Assembly (NCBI GenBank): GCA_963663965.2 | Contig: CAXXFK010000001.1 | Span: 288,001-352,000, forward strand | Reading direction: 5' to 3' | From: Sedimentisphaerales bacterium | GTDB lineage: Bacteria; Planctomycetota; Phycisphaerae; Sedimentisphaerales; SM23-30 | DNA length: 64,000 nt | Shown: positions 21,901 through 31,368 of the stretch, piece after piece | Layout: each line of letters begins with the position of its first letter | Numbering within the stretch: position 1 is the first letter of the stretch | Translations under genes and position numbers: made by a program | Notes under the pieces: generated by a model | Seen by the model: only the letters and a program-made list of their open reading frames with translations | Databases searched by the model: none | What the model was told of the DNA's origin: nothing

Positions 21901-24403
21901 TCATGGCCTTAATACAAATTCAACCGTATCACCTTCGTTTAAAGTATAATCAATCATCAAACCGCCCCCCGTGTCAGCCCGCAACGTCTGGGTAGCCATA
22001 CCACCAATTTCCAACTGATAATTGGCATTCGGTTGTAAATCACGGATCTCCTGATGTATCTTCAATGATGACCCGCTGCCGGTTACCCGCCATCGGCAAC
22101 CACCTTGAATATCCGGCCAATCCGACATTTCAATCTCAACCTTTCCTTTGCCACTTCTTGTCACCATCAACGCCGGTTGATCATGGTCTCCCTGAAAGCA
22201 GGATAGCCGGTTTTCGCTCACATCCACGGCAAAAGAACCCTCAGCCCGAACACGAAACCCATCCGTGGCAATCACCGACTGCTCCGCTTCCAGTGTAATG
22301 CCATACCGTTTCTGACGTAAACGATACCGCAATTGGGTCCCCGCCAGTTCCGGTGTCAGGCGCGGATCGAGCCTCAGCCGGTTCCATTGCGGCCTTATGC
22401 CAAAGATATCACGATACAGACCGACGATCGTCATGCAATTACCCGCCAGGATATCATCCCCGGCGCCCCGCTGATCGTTGCGCAGGTAACGCTGATAGGA
22501 CAGACCATCCTGCTGATACCGGTCCAGCACCCGTTTGACATAAGCCAGCGCCAGTTCTCGATCATATCCAGCATAAGCCCGCACTCCCAGCTCACCCCAT
22601 GGCAGAAAGATATCGCCATTTTCATACCGTGGGAATGGCCAGTTATTGGCATGGACCTCCTCACGGCGGTATGATTCGAAACACAGCGGCCAGAAAAACA
22701 GTTTTTCGGCGCGCATCCGCGTTTCAATCTGTTCGAGAACCCGGCGGCTCTGTTCCGCATCCGCCAGGCCATAAGCGACCGCGGCAAAATTAACCGGGGT
22801 CACCAGATTATCGCCATGGATCGAATTATCCGGCTCGCGCCAGTAGACAAACCAGCCCTTCTGCGGATCCCAGAACCCGCCCTCATCGATCGGCCGGCAA
22901 TAGGCCTCACGCAGTTTGGCGCCGGCCGCTCGATAACGTTCGGCCCGTGCTGTATCCCCTAAAATCCTCTCCCGCTCCGACCACAGCGTCAACGCTTCAT
23001 ACAACGCGGCATTGACGAAACTGTTTTCCCACGACGCCCAGACAATATCGATCCAGTCGCTGGCCTTGCCTTTGGTATGCGAATCAGTCATCATTTCCAC
23101 CAGACCATCCTGATCGCTGTCACGCGCCAGCAGCCAGTCCAGGGCCCGTTCGCATGATTCTTTATGACCGCGCAGCCAGGCCAGGTCGCCGGTCAGATCA
23201 AATTCCTCCGACACATTGATCACATAATCCGGCTGTGAATCCAATGTATAGCCCCAGCCGCATTCATAATAGCCCGTCCTGGGATTGTAGGTGCCCGGCA
23301 CCATATTATCGCCGGTATCATGATGCCAGCGGGATAACACCCGGCCTTCCGGCGTCATCGCCAGATCACGCCAGTCATCCAGTGTAGCCGCCAGATTAGC
23401 TGTGTAAGCCGGATCACCAATCGCCAACCCCATCTGGGCGAAAAAAGGCTCATGCAAACACACCCAGCCGGTCAGCCAGCCGTTGCCGCCCATAATACGC
23501 CGGTCCACCACACCATAACGGCCGATGGTATCCAGCAGATTGACAATGGCCCCGCCATCCAGCCCGGCAAAGTCACCGCGCCCCCGCACCGCCTCATCAT
23601 CCAGCACCCGCAAGGTCAACGTCATTTCAACCGTGCCCGGTTCTACTTGAAAAGGCGCCCACACCCCCAGACTTCGGGTAAATCGGCAAAGATTCTGGCG
23701 CGTGCCAAGTTCTTCGCCAGTCACCGATTGAGCAAATGAAAACAGACCGGATGGTTGATGCGAAAATCGCGAAGCCACATGTGTCCCGTCGGCAACCGTC
23801 GGGGTTACCCTCAAACAGGCATTTTCCCCCGGATTAAAAAAAGTCACCTCGCCGGTATGAGCCCCATAGGAACACCCCGGCGGAAGATAGCGGCACCAGG
23901 CCACCCCACCCGTATCCAGCAGCCCACCCGTCCAGGTATCCATCCCCGTAAAATCCCAGCCGGGAAAGTAGGTATCCTCAATCAAACCGCTGTTCAGATA
24001 GGTCCGCCGGATCTGCCAGTCTATCCGCTCTTCACCTACCGTAAACCGCCATTGTTCTTTCACGCCGATCCCGCCGCCGGTATAAGCGATTTCATCAACC
24101 CAAACCCTCATGGCCTTCCACCCGCACCGCTGGCGCAGCCAGTCCATGACGAGTCGTCGTCCACTGCCCCGCCACCAGGACTGCGCTACACACCCCGGTT
24201 GCCGGCGCCACCACATCCCGGCCATGCACCCGTACCTGGTCAAGATAACAGCAATTTCCGTAATTCAATCGGATACTCAGCTCACCCCGGCCATCAGCCA
24301 TGACCACCGTACACCCCCCGGCATCATGCCGGACCACACCCTGGGCAGTTGAAACCCATATCCAACCAGTACACAACAGTAACCACCAGTTTTTTCTTAA
24401 CAT
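21901..24403 (-). CDS. Secreted (alpha/alpha)6-barrel glycoside hydrolase (six-hairpin type, family not assignable); frameshifted near the 5' end
   Basis: Signal peptide MLRKNWWLLL...AQG; DSDQDGL, SDWIDIV, FVNAALYEAL, YENGDIF, FGIRP. Joins ORFs 24095..24454 and 21901..24243. Confidence 0.7.
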
Positions 24404-24523
24404 ATTTAACCTCTGCAAAACCAAGATAAACACAACACACAGGACGCAAGTCACCTGAATAAGGCAAAACAGGGCGTAGAAAATCTATCACCCTGTTTAA
24501 TTATTGATTACGCCATAATATTA

Positions 24524-26212
24524 TTATTTAGCATCCAGAATCAATACCAGTTTCCCGGTACGATCCGGATTCAGCAGAATACTCCCATTATCCAACCGCA
24601 CCGCTGTGCATCCATCCGGCGCCAGATTAAGCCGATAGCTGACACCCGAATCCTCATACGCAATGCCGCGCGTATCAACGCTCTTGACTGCCGCCTTAAA
24701 CCGCTCTCCGCCCACCAGCTTCATGCCCCAGCGTAACGGTTTCCCCTGGCCATCAACACCGGTGCAAGTTACCTTGCCATCATCACATACCATCGTAAAC
24801 ACCCCGCCGCCCTGCAGGGTCTGTTCGATTTTCAGTTCAGACTCGGACAACTCGGTCACTTCCGGTTGATAGTCCGGTTTCATCGGCGCTTCTTTCCCAT
24901 CGGCATCCAACAGCACCGGCCACATCCCCGCCTGCTGACCATCCGACCACATGGCCCGGTCCATCACCGGCAATGTGCCGTAAGCCAGCGAAGTGGTCGT
25001 GAGGATCGCATCATGCGTAACCGAAGCCACTCGCTCATCGAACCGGTGAATATCCCGGATACAGAAGCTATCCTTCTCCCACAGGATATTGAAACGATAA
25101 AAGCGACTGTTATACCAGACCGTCTTGCGCCGCTCATTGCGCCAGTCGTTGAGGTAAACCATCGCCGTGGCCGGCGTCAGCTGGTAACGGCTGCGGAACC
25201 ACTTCCCTGCCTCTGCCAGTGTCATAATCTGGATCTCACCCCGTTTAGCCAGATTGGCCAGATGCCCCGCCTGCATGGTCAATCCTTTGCGCATCGCCTC
25301 CCAACCGAATGAGTTCTCCTGCCCGGCCTGGGTATAGGCAAAGGCCAGCGCCGGCTCATGAACCAGATTGTTGATAAACCACGCCACCCAGTCCGGCGAA
25401 CCCCCAATCGAACTATAGACCGGTTCCAGGGTGTACATCCCGTGAACCGCGCCATACTGATAAATCGGATCGCTGCCCAGCATCCGGAAAATCGGTACAT
25501 CGATCTGGCCCGCCCGGGTCTGGGCCGGCATATACGCGTTCAACCGGCTGGGATAGTACGCCTGATTCCAGTACCCGCCCCACACGGTATAACCATCCGT
25601 GCCGATCTGATCCTTGCAGTTGCACGAAGCAATCACGCCATATTGATCGACCATATGCGCCAGCGTCACTTCATCCAGATACCACGAGCCCGCCGTCTTG
25701 GGATAATACCCGAAGATCGCCTTGAAATCGGCCATATAAACATCCACCAGCTTGCGCCGTTCTTCCGGCGTATAACCCGGTCCGAATCCCACATTCGCGG
25801 TCGGATCCCATTCATGATGACCGCGCCATTTCAATCCGGCCTTCTCCGCCAGTTGCTGGGGAATCTCCCACCACAGCGCGATTTCATCTTTCGGTCCCAA
25901 CTCCTCCTTAAGCAGTTTCTGATAACGCGGCTTTATCAATGCGTCATACTGCAACGCCCAGGTTGCGTGCAGGCCGGTCTTCTTAAACAGGGCAATCTGC
26001 TTCTGGGTCGTTTCAAACATAATTGCTTCCGAATTGGCCATTCGATAATCGGAGTTACGAATAAAATTGTAAAGATTCACAATCCGCGGACTGTCAGGAA
26101 CCGCCGTTTCGGCTCCCAGAGCAACTAAACTCAGACAGCCAATCAGCAAAAAAAAGCCTGATCTCAAAAACAATGCATTGGCATTTTTCATTATCTTCTC
26201 CACAAGTATCAT
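24524..26212 (-). CDS. Secreted hypothetical protein, possibly with a glycoside hydrolase/deacetylase (beta/alpha) fold
   Basis: Intact 562-aa ORF with signal peptide; ATWALQYDAL, FKAIFGYYPKTAGSW, GGYWNQAYYPS, QAGQENSFGW. Confidence 0.6.
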   Translation of the reverse strand: MILVEKIMKNANALFLRSGFFLLIGCLSLVALGAETAVPDSPRIVNLYNFIRNSDYRMANSEAIMFETTQKQIALFKKTGLHATWALQYDALIKPRYQKLLKEELGPKDEIALWWEIPQQLAEKAGLKWRGHHEWDPTANVGFGPGYTPEERRKLVDVYMADFKAIFGYYPKTAGSWYLDEVTLAHMVDQYGVIASCNCKDQIGTDGYTVWGGYWNQAYYPSRLNAYMPAQTRAGQIDVPIFRMLGSDPIYQYGAVHGMYTLEPVYSSIGGSPDWVAWFINNLVHEPALAFAYTQAGQENSFGWEAMRKGLTMQAGHLANLAKRGEIQIMTLAEAGKWFRSRYQLTPATAMVYLNDWRNERRKTVWYNSRFYRFNILWEKDSFCIRDIHRFDERVASVTHDAILTTTSLAYGTLPVMDRAMWSDGQQAGMWPVLLDADGKEAPMKPDYQPEVTELSESELKIEQTLQGGGVFTMVCDDGKVTCTGVDGQGKPLRWGMKLVGGERFKAAVKSVDTRGIAYEDSGVSYRLNLAPDGCTAVRLDNGSILLNPDRTGKLVLILDAK

Positions 26213-26284
26213 AAAAACATAATTTTAAAACTACCTGTTCACGCCTTCTAAACGCGAATTATTATTCATATTTGAAATAATTAT

Positions 26285-27609
26285 GGTTCTTCCGAAAAAT
26301 GAGTAGTTAATGTTGCAAAAAGAGAGACATGACTTTACTGTTTGAGGAAAAAAATAAAACCTCATATTAGGAGCTAAAGTCATGTCCACAAGTATGTTGT
26401 ATCATACTTTTGGTGTTCGAGGTGTTCAATACCAAAAGACAGAATATTTTTGCGGGCAAGAGCGTGATTCACGGCATCTTGCCGGCGGATAGTCTGCGTT
26501 GCCCTTGTTGTAACTCCCGTAATTTCATTTACTTCGGTCACAAGGCCCGGAGGTTTGCCATGGTACCTGCCGGTCTGCGTCAAATGGAGTTGCTTGTCAC
26601 TATTCCCCGATTGAAATGTCAGGCGTGCGGGGCCATTCGTCAGCCTCATCTGCCATTTGCCGACCCCAAGAAGCATTACACCCATGCGTTGGAACGGTAT
26701 GTCATCGATTTATGTCAGGCGGCTTCCCTGCAAGAGGTGGCCCGACGGACCGGCTTAAGCTGGGATACCATCAAATCGATTCATAAGTCCTGGCTAGGTC
26801 GACGGTACCGAAAGATTTCCCTGAAAAAGGTTCGTTATCTGGGGATTGACGAATTGTATCTGGGCAGGAAAAGCAAATACATCTCGCTGGTAACCGACCT
26901 GGAAAGCGGTCAAATTTTGCATATCGGCCAGGGCAAAGGCCAAGAGGCCCTGGTGGGATTCTGGGGGCGTGTCCGACGCAGCCGGGCGGTGATTGCCGCG
27001 GTGGCTACCGATATGGCCAGTGGTTTTATGACCAGTGTCCTGAAAGAACTGCCGCAAGCCAAACTGGTGCTGGACCATTTTCATCTGGTCAAATGGTTTA
27101 ACGACAAACTGACCCGCTTACGCCGGGATTTATACCGGGAGGCCGATACCATGGGCAAAGCGGTACTCAAAGGCAGCCGCTGGCTGCTGCTCAAAGCGCC
27201 GGAGAACCTTAAATCCCATGCCGATAGCGCCAAAGATGAACGGCGCCGGTTGCAGGAGGCTCTGCAACTCAACCAGCCGCTGGCCACCGCCTATTACATG
27301 AAAGAACGGCTCCGTCTCCTTTTTGATGCGATCACGGCTCCGCTGGCTGAACAGGAACTCAAACGCTGGATCAGCCAGGCGCAAACCAGCGGGATTCGGA
27401 TCCTGCTGGATGCCGCCAAACAACTGCAACTCTGGAAACCCTTCCTGCTCAATTGGTATGACCATCCCATCAGCACCAGCAAAGTCGAAGTCAATAACCG
27501 TAAAATCGGCCTCCTGCAACGAATGGCTCATGGCTACCGCGATCAGGAATACTTCTATCTCCGGATCCATCATATCCATAACCAAAACTACTCATTAACC
27601 GGATGAGCC
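26285..27609 (+). mobile_element. ISL3-family insertion sequence (1325 bp) with 24-bp imperfect IRs and an 8-bp target duplication
   Basis: IRL GGTTCTTCCGAAAAATGAGTAGTT; IRR reverse complement GGCTCATCCGGTTAATGAGTAGTT. ATAATTAT is duplicated at 26277-26284 and 27610-27617. Confidence 0.95.
26382..27606 (+). CDS. ISL3 transposase; one extra T in the T-run at 26447-26451
   Basis: AGGAG RBS then MSTSMLYHTFGVRG; zinc finger CPCC...CQAC; GIDE, ATDM, LDHFH, EVNNRKI. Confidence 0.93.
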
Positions 27610-27612
27610 ATA

Positions 27613-27640
27613 ATTATAACATGAACGGCAAGCGGGTCAA
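27613..27640 (-). promoter_or_regulatory. Putative sigma70 promoter with extended -10, overlapping the IS target site
   Basis: TTGACC (27640-27635)-N16-TATAAT (27618-27613), with a TGn immediately before the -10. Confidence 0.65.
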
Positions 27641-27785
27641 CTGCCGATATTTATTAACCACCCAGGCCACAGAATCAATCAGCCACCAGACCACTGAGAA
27701 CTTTCTTATCCCAACTTCAATAATATTACCAGAATAGACACAAAGATTAATCCTTTATCAATACCTGTCTTCGCTAATTATCGAT

Positions 27786-28247
27786 TTATCTCTGCTCTTC
27801 ACTAATCTTAACCAGATGCCGGTATTGCCACTGCCGCTCCTTTTCTACCGCCTCATTCGAATCGGTCAGATCCCGAACCACTGTCGCCGCGTACGCTGCC
27901 GCTCCCAGGGCATGGGTCCGGACATGCGCCGTCGCCACGGCCTGACCGGCCGCGCGTGCGACTGAACGCGCCACATCATCCGTTTCAACCGCACGGGCCG
28001 CCGCATGGGCATCCAGCGAAGCCTTTCGGATCACTGCCATCCGAAACACTCCCGTTCGCACCCACTCCCGCCCTGTCTCGATCGCCGCACGTGGACGGCC
28101 ATCATGGGGATACCGTTCTTCAAAATAACCCAGCACCCGCTCCGCACAATCCAGCGCCCAGGTCGCCAGCGCCTTGTGCTCAACCCCCCTGGCAAACTCA
28201 GCAATCTCCCCCTCATGCACCTTAACGGCTATTTTCGGTTTCCTCAT
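27786..28247 (-). CDS. Imm5-like putative immunity protein
   Basis: WALDCAERVL, DGRPRAAI, ARAAGQAVATAHV, ERQWQ. Confidence 0.75.
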   Translation of the reverse strand: MRKPKIAVKVHEGEIAEFARGVEHKALATWALDCAERVLGYFEERYPHDGRPRAAIETGREWVRTGVFRMAVIRKASLDAHAAARAVETDDVARSVARAAGQAVATAHVRTHALGAAAYAATVVRDLTDSNEAVEKERQWQYRHLVKISEEQR

Positions 28248-28276
28248 CGTATCAATACTCGCTTTTTTTATATTCG

Positions 28277-28666
28277 TTAGCGTGGATACAATTGAATATC
28301 CTGCTCATTACTCACAATCTCGCCATCTTGAATGGAAATCCGTATGATCCCGCGATAACCTGCCTCAAAATACCCCCCGGCATCTAACCGGTGAAGTCCC
28401 CCGGCAGTATCCATAAACTCAATCTCCAGGTGACTCTCCGAAGTTGGACTTACTTTCGTCTTAACAGAACCACCCGGTGCAATATCCCCAACAGGATAGG
28501 ATCTTCCGGTAACATGCAATACTATGGACTTTAGCGTCGCTGTCCCCGTATTCGTCACTTTCACACGAATCCCGCCCTCCAGTTGATAAACCACCAAGAT
28601 GATAATGATAATCAGTATCACGCCGCCTGGGATCGCCAGTAACCTCAATTGTCTATTCTTTATCAT
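28277..28666 (-). CDS. Hypothetical membrane-anchored small beta-sandwich protein
   Basis: N-terminal TM segment, then VKVTNTG...GDIAPG...GYFEAGYRG; GGAG RBS. Confidence 0.7.
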   Translation of the reverse strand: MIKNRQLRLLAIPGGVILIIIIILVVYQLEGGIRVKVTNTGTATLKSIVLHVTGRSYPVGDIAPGGSVKTKVSPTSESHLEIEFMDTAGGLHRLDAGGYFEAGYRGIIRISIQDGEIVSNEQDIQLYPR

Positions 28667-28718
28667 CTACAGGTCTCCCTGCCAATATTCTAAAACTGTA
28701 TAACGAAATCATAGCTTT

Positions 28719-29090
28719 CTATGCTCTTATCATGCTTTTCCTGATCTTGAATATAATTACGGATAAAAGCTTCATCCATTCCAGCGGTGCTGACACAATT
28801 GCCACGAGACCAAAATTGGCGCCCGAAAAGCGTGCCTTCTGGCAACACAATTCACGAAGGATGGCTCCTATCTGCTTACGGAACTTTTTAAAATTGGTTT
28901 TCTTACGATACTTCGATACTATGACTACATGATACTTACATTCCCATTTGACATGGGCTTGACTTTGCCATTCTTTCATTGGGTTCTCCTTGCCCCTTTG
29001 GGCCTTCCTCACGAGAACCTCTTTTACCAGATAACGCTTGAAACGGCAAGGCCTTATAAATTCTCACCGGTATAGACGGATGAGAAAGGA
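28719..29090 (-). mobile_element. IS200/IS605-family remnant (internally deleted Y1 transposase tnpA)
   Basis: ATG 28979 gives MKEWQSQAHVKWECKYHVVIVSKYRKK, fused out of frame to C-terminal FWSRGNCVSTAGMDE...QEK. The HUH motif is absent. Subterminal hairpin at 29061-29086. Confidence 0.85.
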
Positions 29091-29132
29091 AGGAATATGC
29101 AGACAACAATAACCGAAATAATATTTGAATCA

Positions 29133-29549
29133 TTAAACATAACTTCTTTGAACTTCGCTCGGATTGATATTTGTCGAAACCTTATTTCTTCTGCCAAAAA
29201 TTAAAGAACGAACACCAATTGCCAGTGCATATAGCATTAACCAGGGCAGAGAATACAATATTCCATACACCCAGCCAAAGTATAAGGCAACAACCCTTTT
29301 AGCTCCATCTGCACCCCACTCATCCATGAGTTCAGGTGGACAGTTGTCGCCATACTGGCTAATGACATCCGAAAGGTACTCATAATAAAAATATACCACT
29401 CCATTAATCATCACCCATGAGAAAATAGGGATAATTAGCAGAATTAACCACCATGAGATTAATCTCTTCTTAAAATATCTCAGAATTAAAACTGATGAGG
29501 GCAGGAGTAAAAATAACAATAAACAGCTTATGTATAATGTGTGATTCAT
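29133..29549 (-). CDS. Hypothetical 3-TM membrane protein
   Basis: 138 aa, AT-rich, loop motif EWGADGAKR. Confidence 0.7.
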   Translation of the reverse strand: MNHTLYISCLLLFLLLPSSVLILRYFKKRLISWWLILLIIPIFSWVMINGVVYFYYEYLSDVISQYGDNCPPELMDEWGADGAKRVVALYFGWVYGILYSLPWLMLYALAIGVRSLIFGRRNKVSTNINPSEVQRSYV

Positions 29550-29668
29550 ATTTCATCCTAAAATAAAGTCTTATATAGCTCATGCCCACTAAAATTATCA
29601 ATCATACCGAAAGCATCTTGCAAAATTCAATGTTTCCGTAGAAACTTGCAGTTTAACAATTGGGGGAT

Positions 29669-30151
29669 TTAATCTACCGAGAATTCTCTGCCAACAACAA
29701 CCCCATCTCTGGTCCGAAAGATTATAGCCGTGCAGTTGCCGGGTTCCTGAGATGCCAAAGAGATATGCACTCTGTTGTCTTCTTCACTAATCTGAGGAAA
29801 TATATAGTCACTGCTTTCATATTCTTCTTTTACAATTCTCTCAATGGCATCAGAAGAAGAATCAAGAGGTATTTTCAAGAAGATTGATCTCAGAATTCGT
29901 TCAGAAGGAGCGGGCAGCAGAAAATTTCCTGCCAAAATGGAAAACACCACCAGTCCAACCAGGATGGCGTGTCTTTTGATACTTATAAACCACACTACAA
30001 AATATTGTAGTCCTATGATTGCACAGAAAAGCAGATATCGATAGGAATACGCAACTATTCCAGCCCACTGGTCAAAAGCATAAGTGAAAAATGCCAGAGT
30101 AGCAAGCAGAACAGTTAATACAGCAACTAAAAAAATTCTCATATCAATCAT
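29669..30151 (-). CDS. Hypothetical 3-TM protein with a small C-terminal soluble domain
   Basis: 160-aa ORF with three hydrophobic segments. Confidence 0.65.
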   Translation of the reverse strand: MIDMRIFLVAVLTVLLATLAFFTYAFDQWAGIVAYSYRYLLFCAIIGLQYFVVWFISIKRHAILVGLVVFSILAGNFLLPAPSERILRSIFLKIPLDSSSDAIERIVKEEYESSDYIFPQISEEDNRVHISLASQEPGNCTAIIFRTRDGVVVGREFSVD

Positions 30152-30525
30152 TCATTGAAAAACTTGATTTACTATTACTCTGAATATCCACGAGCTTATC
30201 CATGATATCTCCAATTTTTTAGCTTATGACATTTTATACTAAAAAACTCCACTTTATTCCTGGTTTACTGTCTATCATACTGCTGAGATACCAGCTTATA
30301 TATAATCAAAATCCTCTTTTCCAGGGACGACTATATTACATAGCAAACAGAAGCAATAGAAGATGATGGAAACATTAATAAATATTTATCAATAATATTT
30401 CTATTGGCGATTTCTTCGCCGCCCCCATGGGGGCGGCCCCTCGAAGTGTTGACCTGCCTATAGACTGAAGTTATGGTAACATCCGTGAATGAGGCAACGG
30501 GAACGGTAAGAATAATTGTCGCTGA

Positions 30526-30927
30526 TCATTCAATGTCTGCTCTTGTGTTTACCGAAGCGAATCTAGCAGAGAATAGTTGACGAACAATCCATCGGAGGCC
30601 AAATAGCAACAGAAACAGAACTCCATACCAGATTGCTGTCAGCACCGGGCTTAACAGTAGCAGAAAAGACCTATCAGTATCGCTGGCCCATTCCTCGGAC
30701 GCACGTTCCGCCTCGGGGGTACCGGGATCATATTTGTCTATCTCTGCCAGGAGTTGCGCGTCGAGGGCCCACACGTAATTCGCCAAAATGAAGATTCCGG
30801 CAATCATGGTAGCCAAACACAGAATGCAGACCAATACGGGGTGGACTCGTCGCCGAACGCAAAGTATCGCGCCTGATACGAGTACGGGTAACGCGAACCA
30901 AGCAATAAGGAGGTATGTGTGGAGCAT
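30526..30927 (-). CDS. Hypothetical 3-TM membrane protein, probable distant homolog of 29133-29549
   Basis: 133 aa; shares MxHT, a basic patch after TM1, and loop motif EWASDTDR. Confidence 0.7.
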   Translation of the reverse strand: MLHTYLLIAWFALPVLVSGAILCVRRRVHPVLVCILCLATMIAGIFILANYVWALDAQLLAEIDKYDPGTPEAERASEEWASDTDRSFLLLLSPVLTAIWYGVLFLLLFGLRWIVRQLFSARFASVNTRADIE

Positions 30928-31368
30928 CTATTGACCTTTCTCGGATATAACCTCTAAATTTTGTTTGATATCTTTGCCTGTGGAAAAGAACCGTTGATCA
31001 TATTAACCGGGATTTGCCATTTAACTTCATCTGACATTTCCCATTTAAGATTTTACAAAGCATTTTTCTATCCTTTCGATGCTAATATTTTAATAAATTT
31101 AACTTGAGCTATCCAGATTTCTCTTTCCGAGGCGGTTTTCTTGCAGACGCGGATTTATATAAAACACCAGATTTACAGGTCCCAGACTGCTTGAAATCCC
31201 TGCTTGAGTCCAGACCTTGACTGCTATAGCGTTTATCAAATCGGGTTTTTCAGCAATTCTTATCATAAGTCATATCCAATCGGTATTGGTTTCAAACGTT
31301 TAATTCTTTTAACCCGGATTTCCCAAGCAAATCCGGGCTAAAATTAACACTAATCGATATGGTCTGGT

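Noticed and set aside
26440..26455. Programmed frameshift in the ISL3 transposase
   Set aside because: ISL3 transposases are single ORFs. An extra T in a T-run fits the indel pattern seen across this region.
27786..31300. Functional integron cassette array
   Set aside because: No intI gene and no complete attC with paired R/L boxes could be built; only isolated GTTATAY heptamers.
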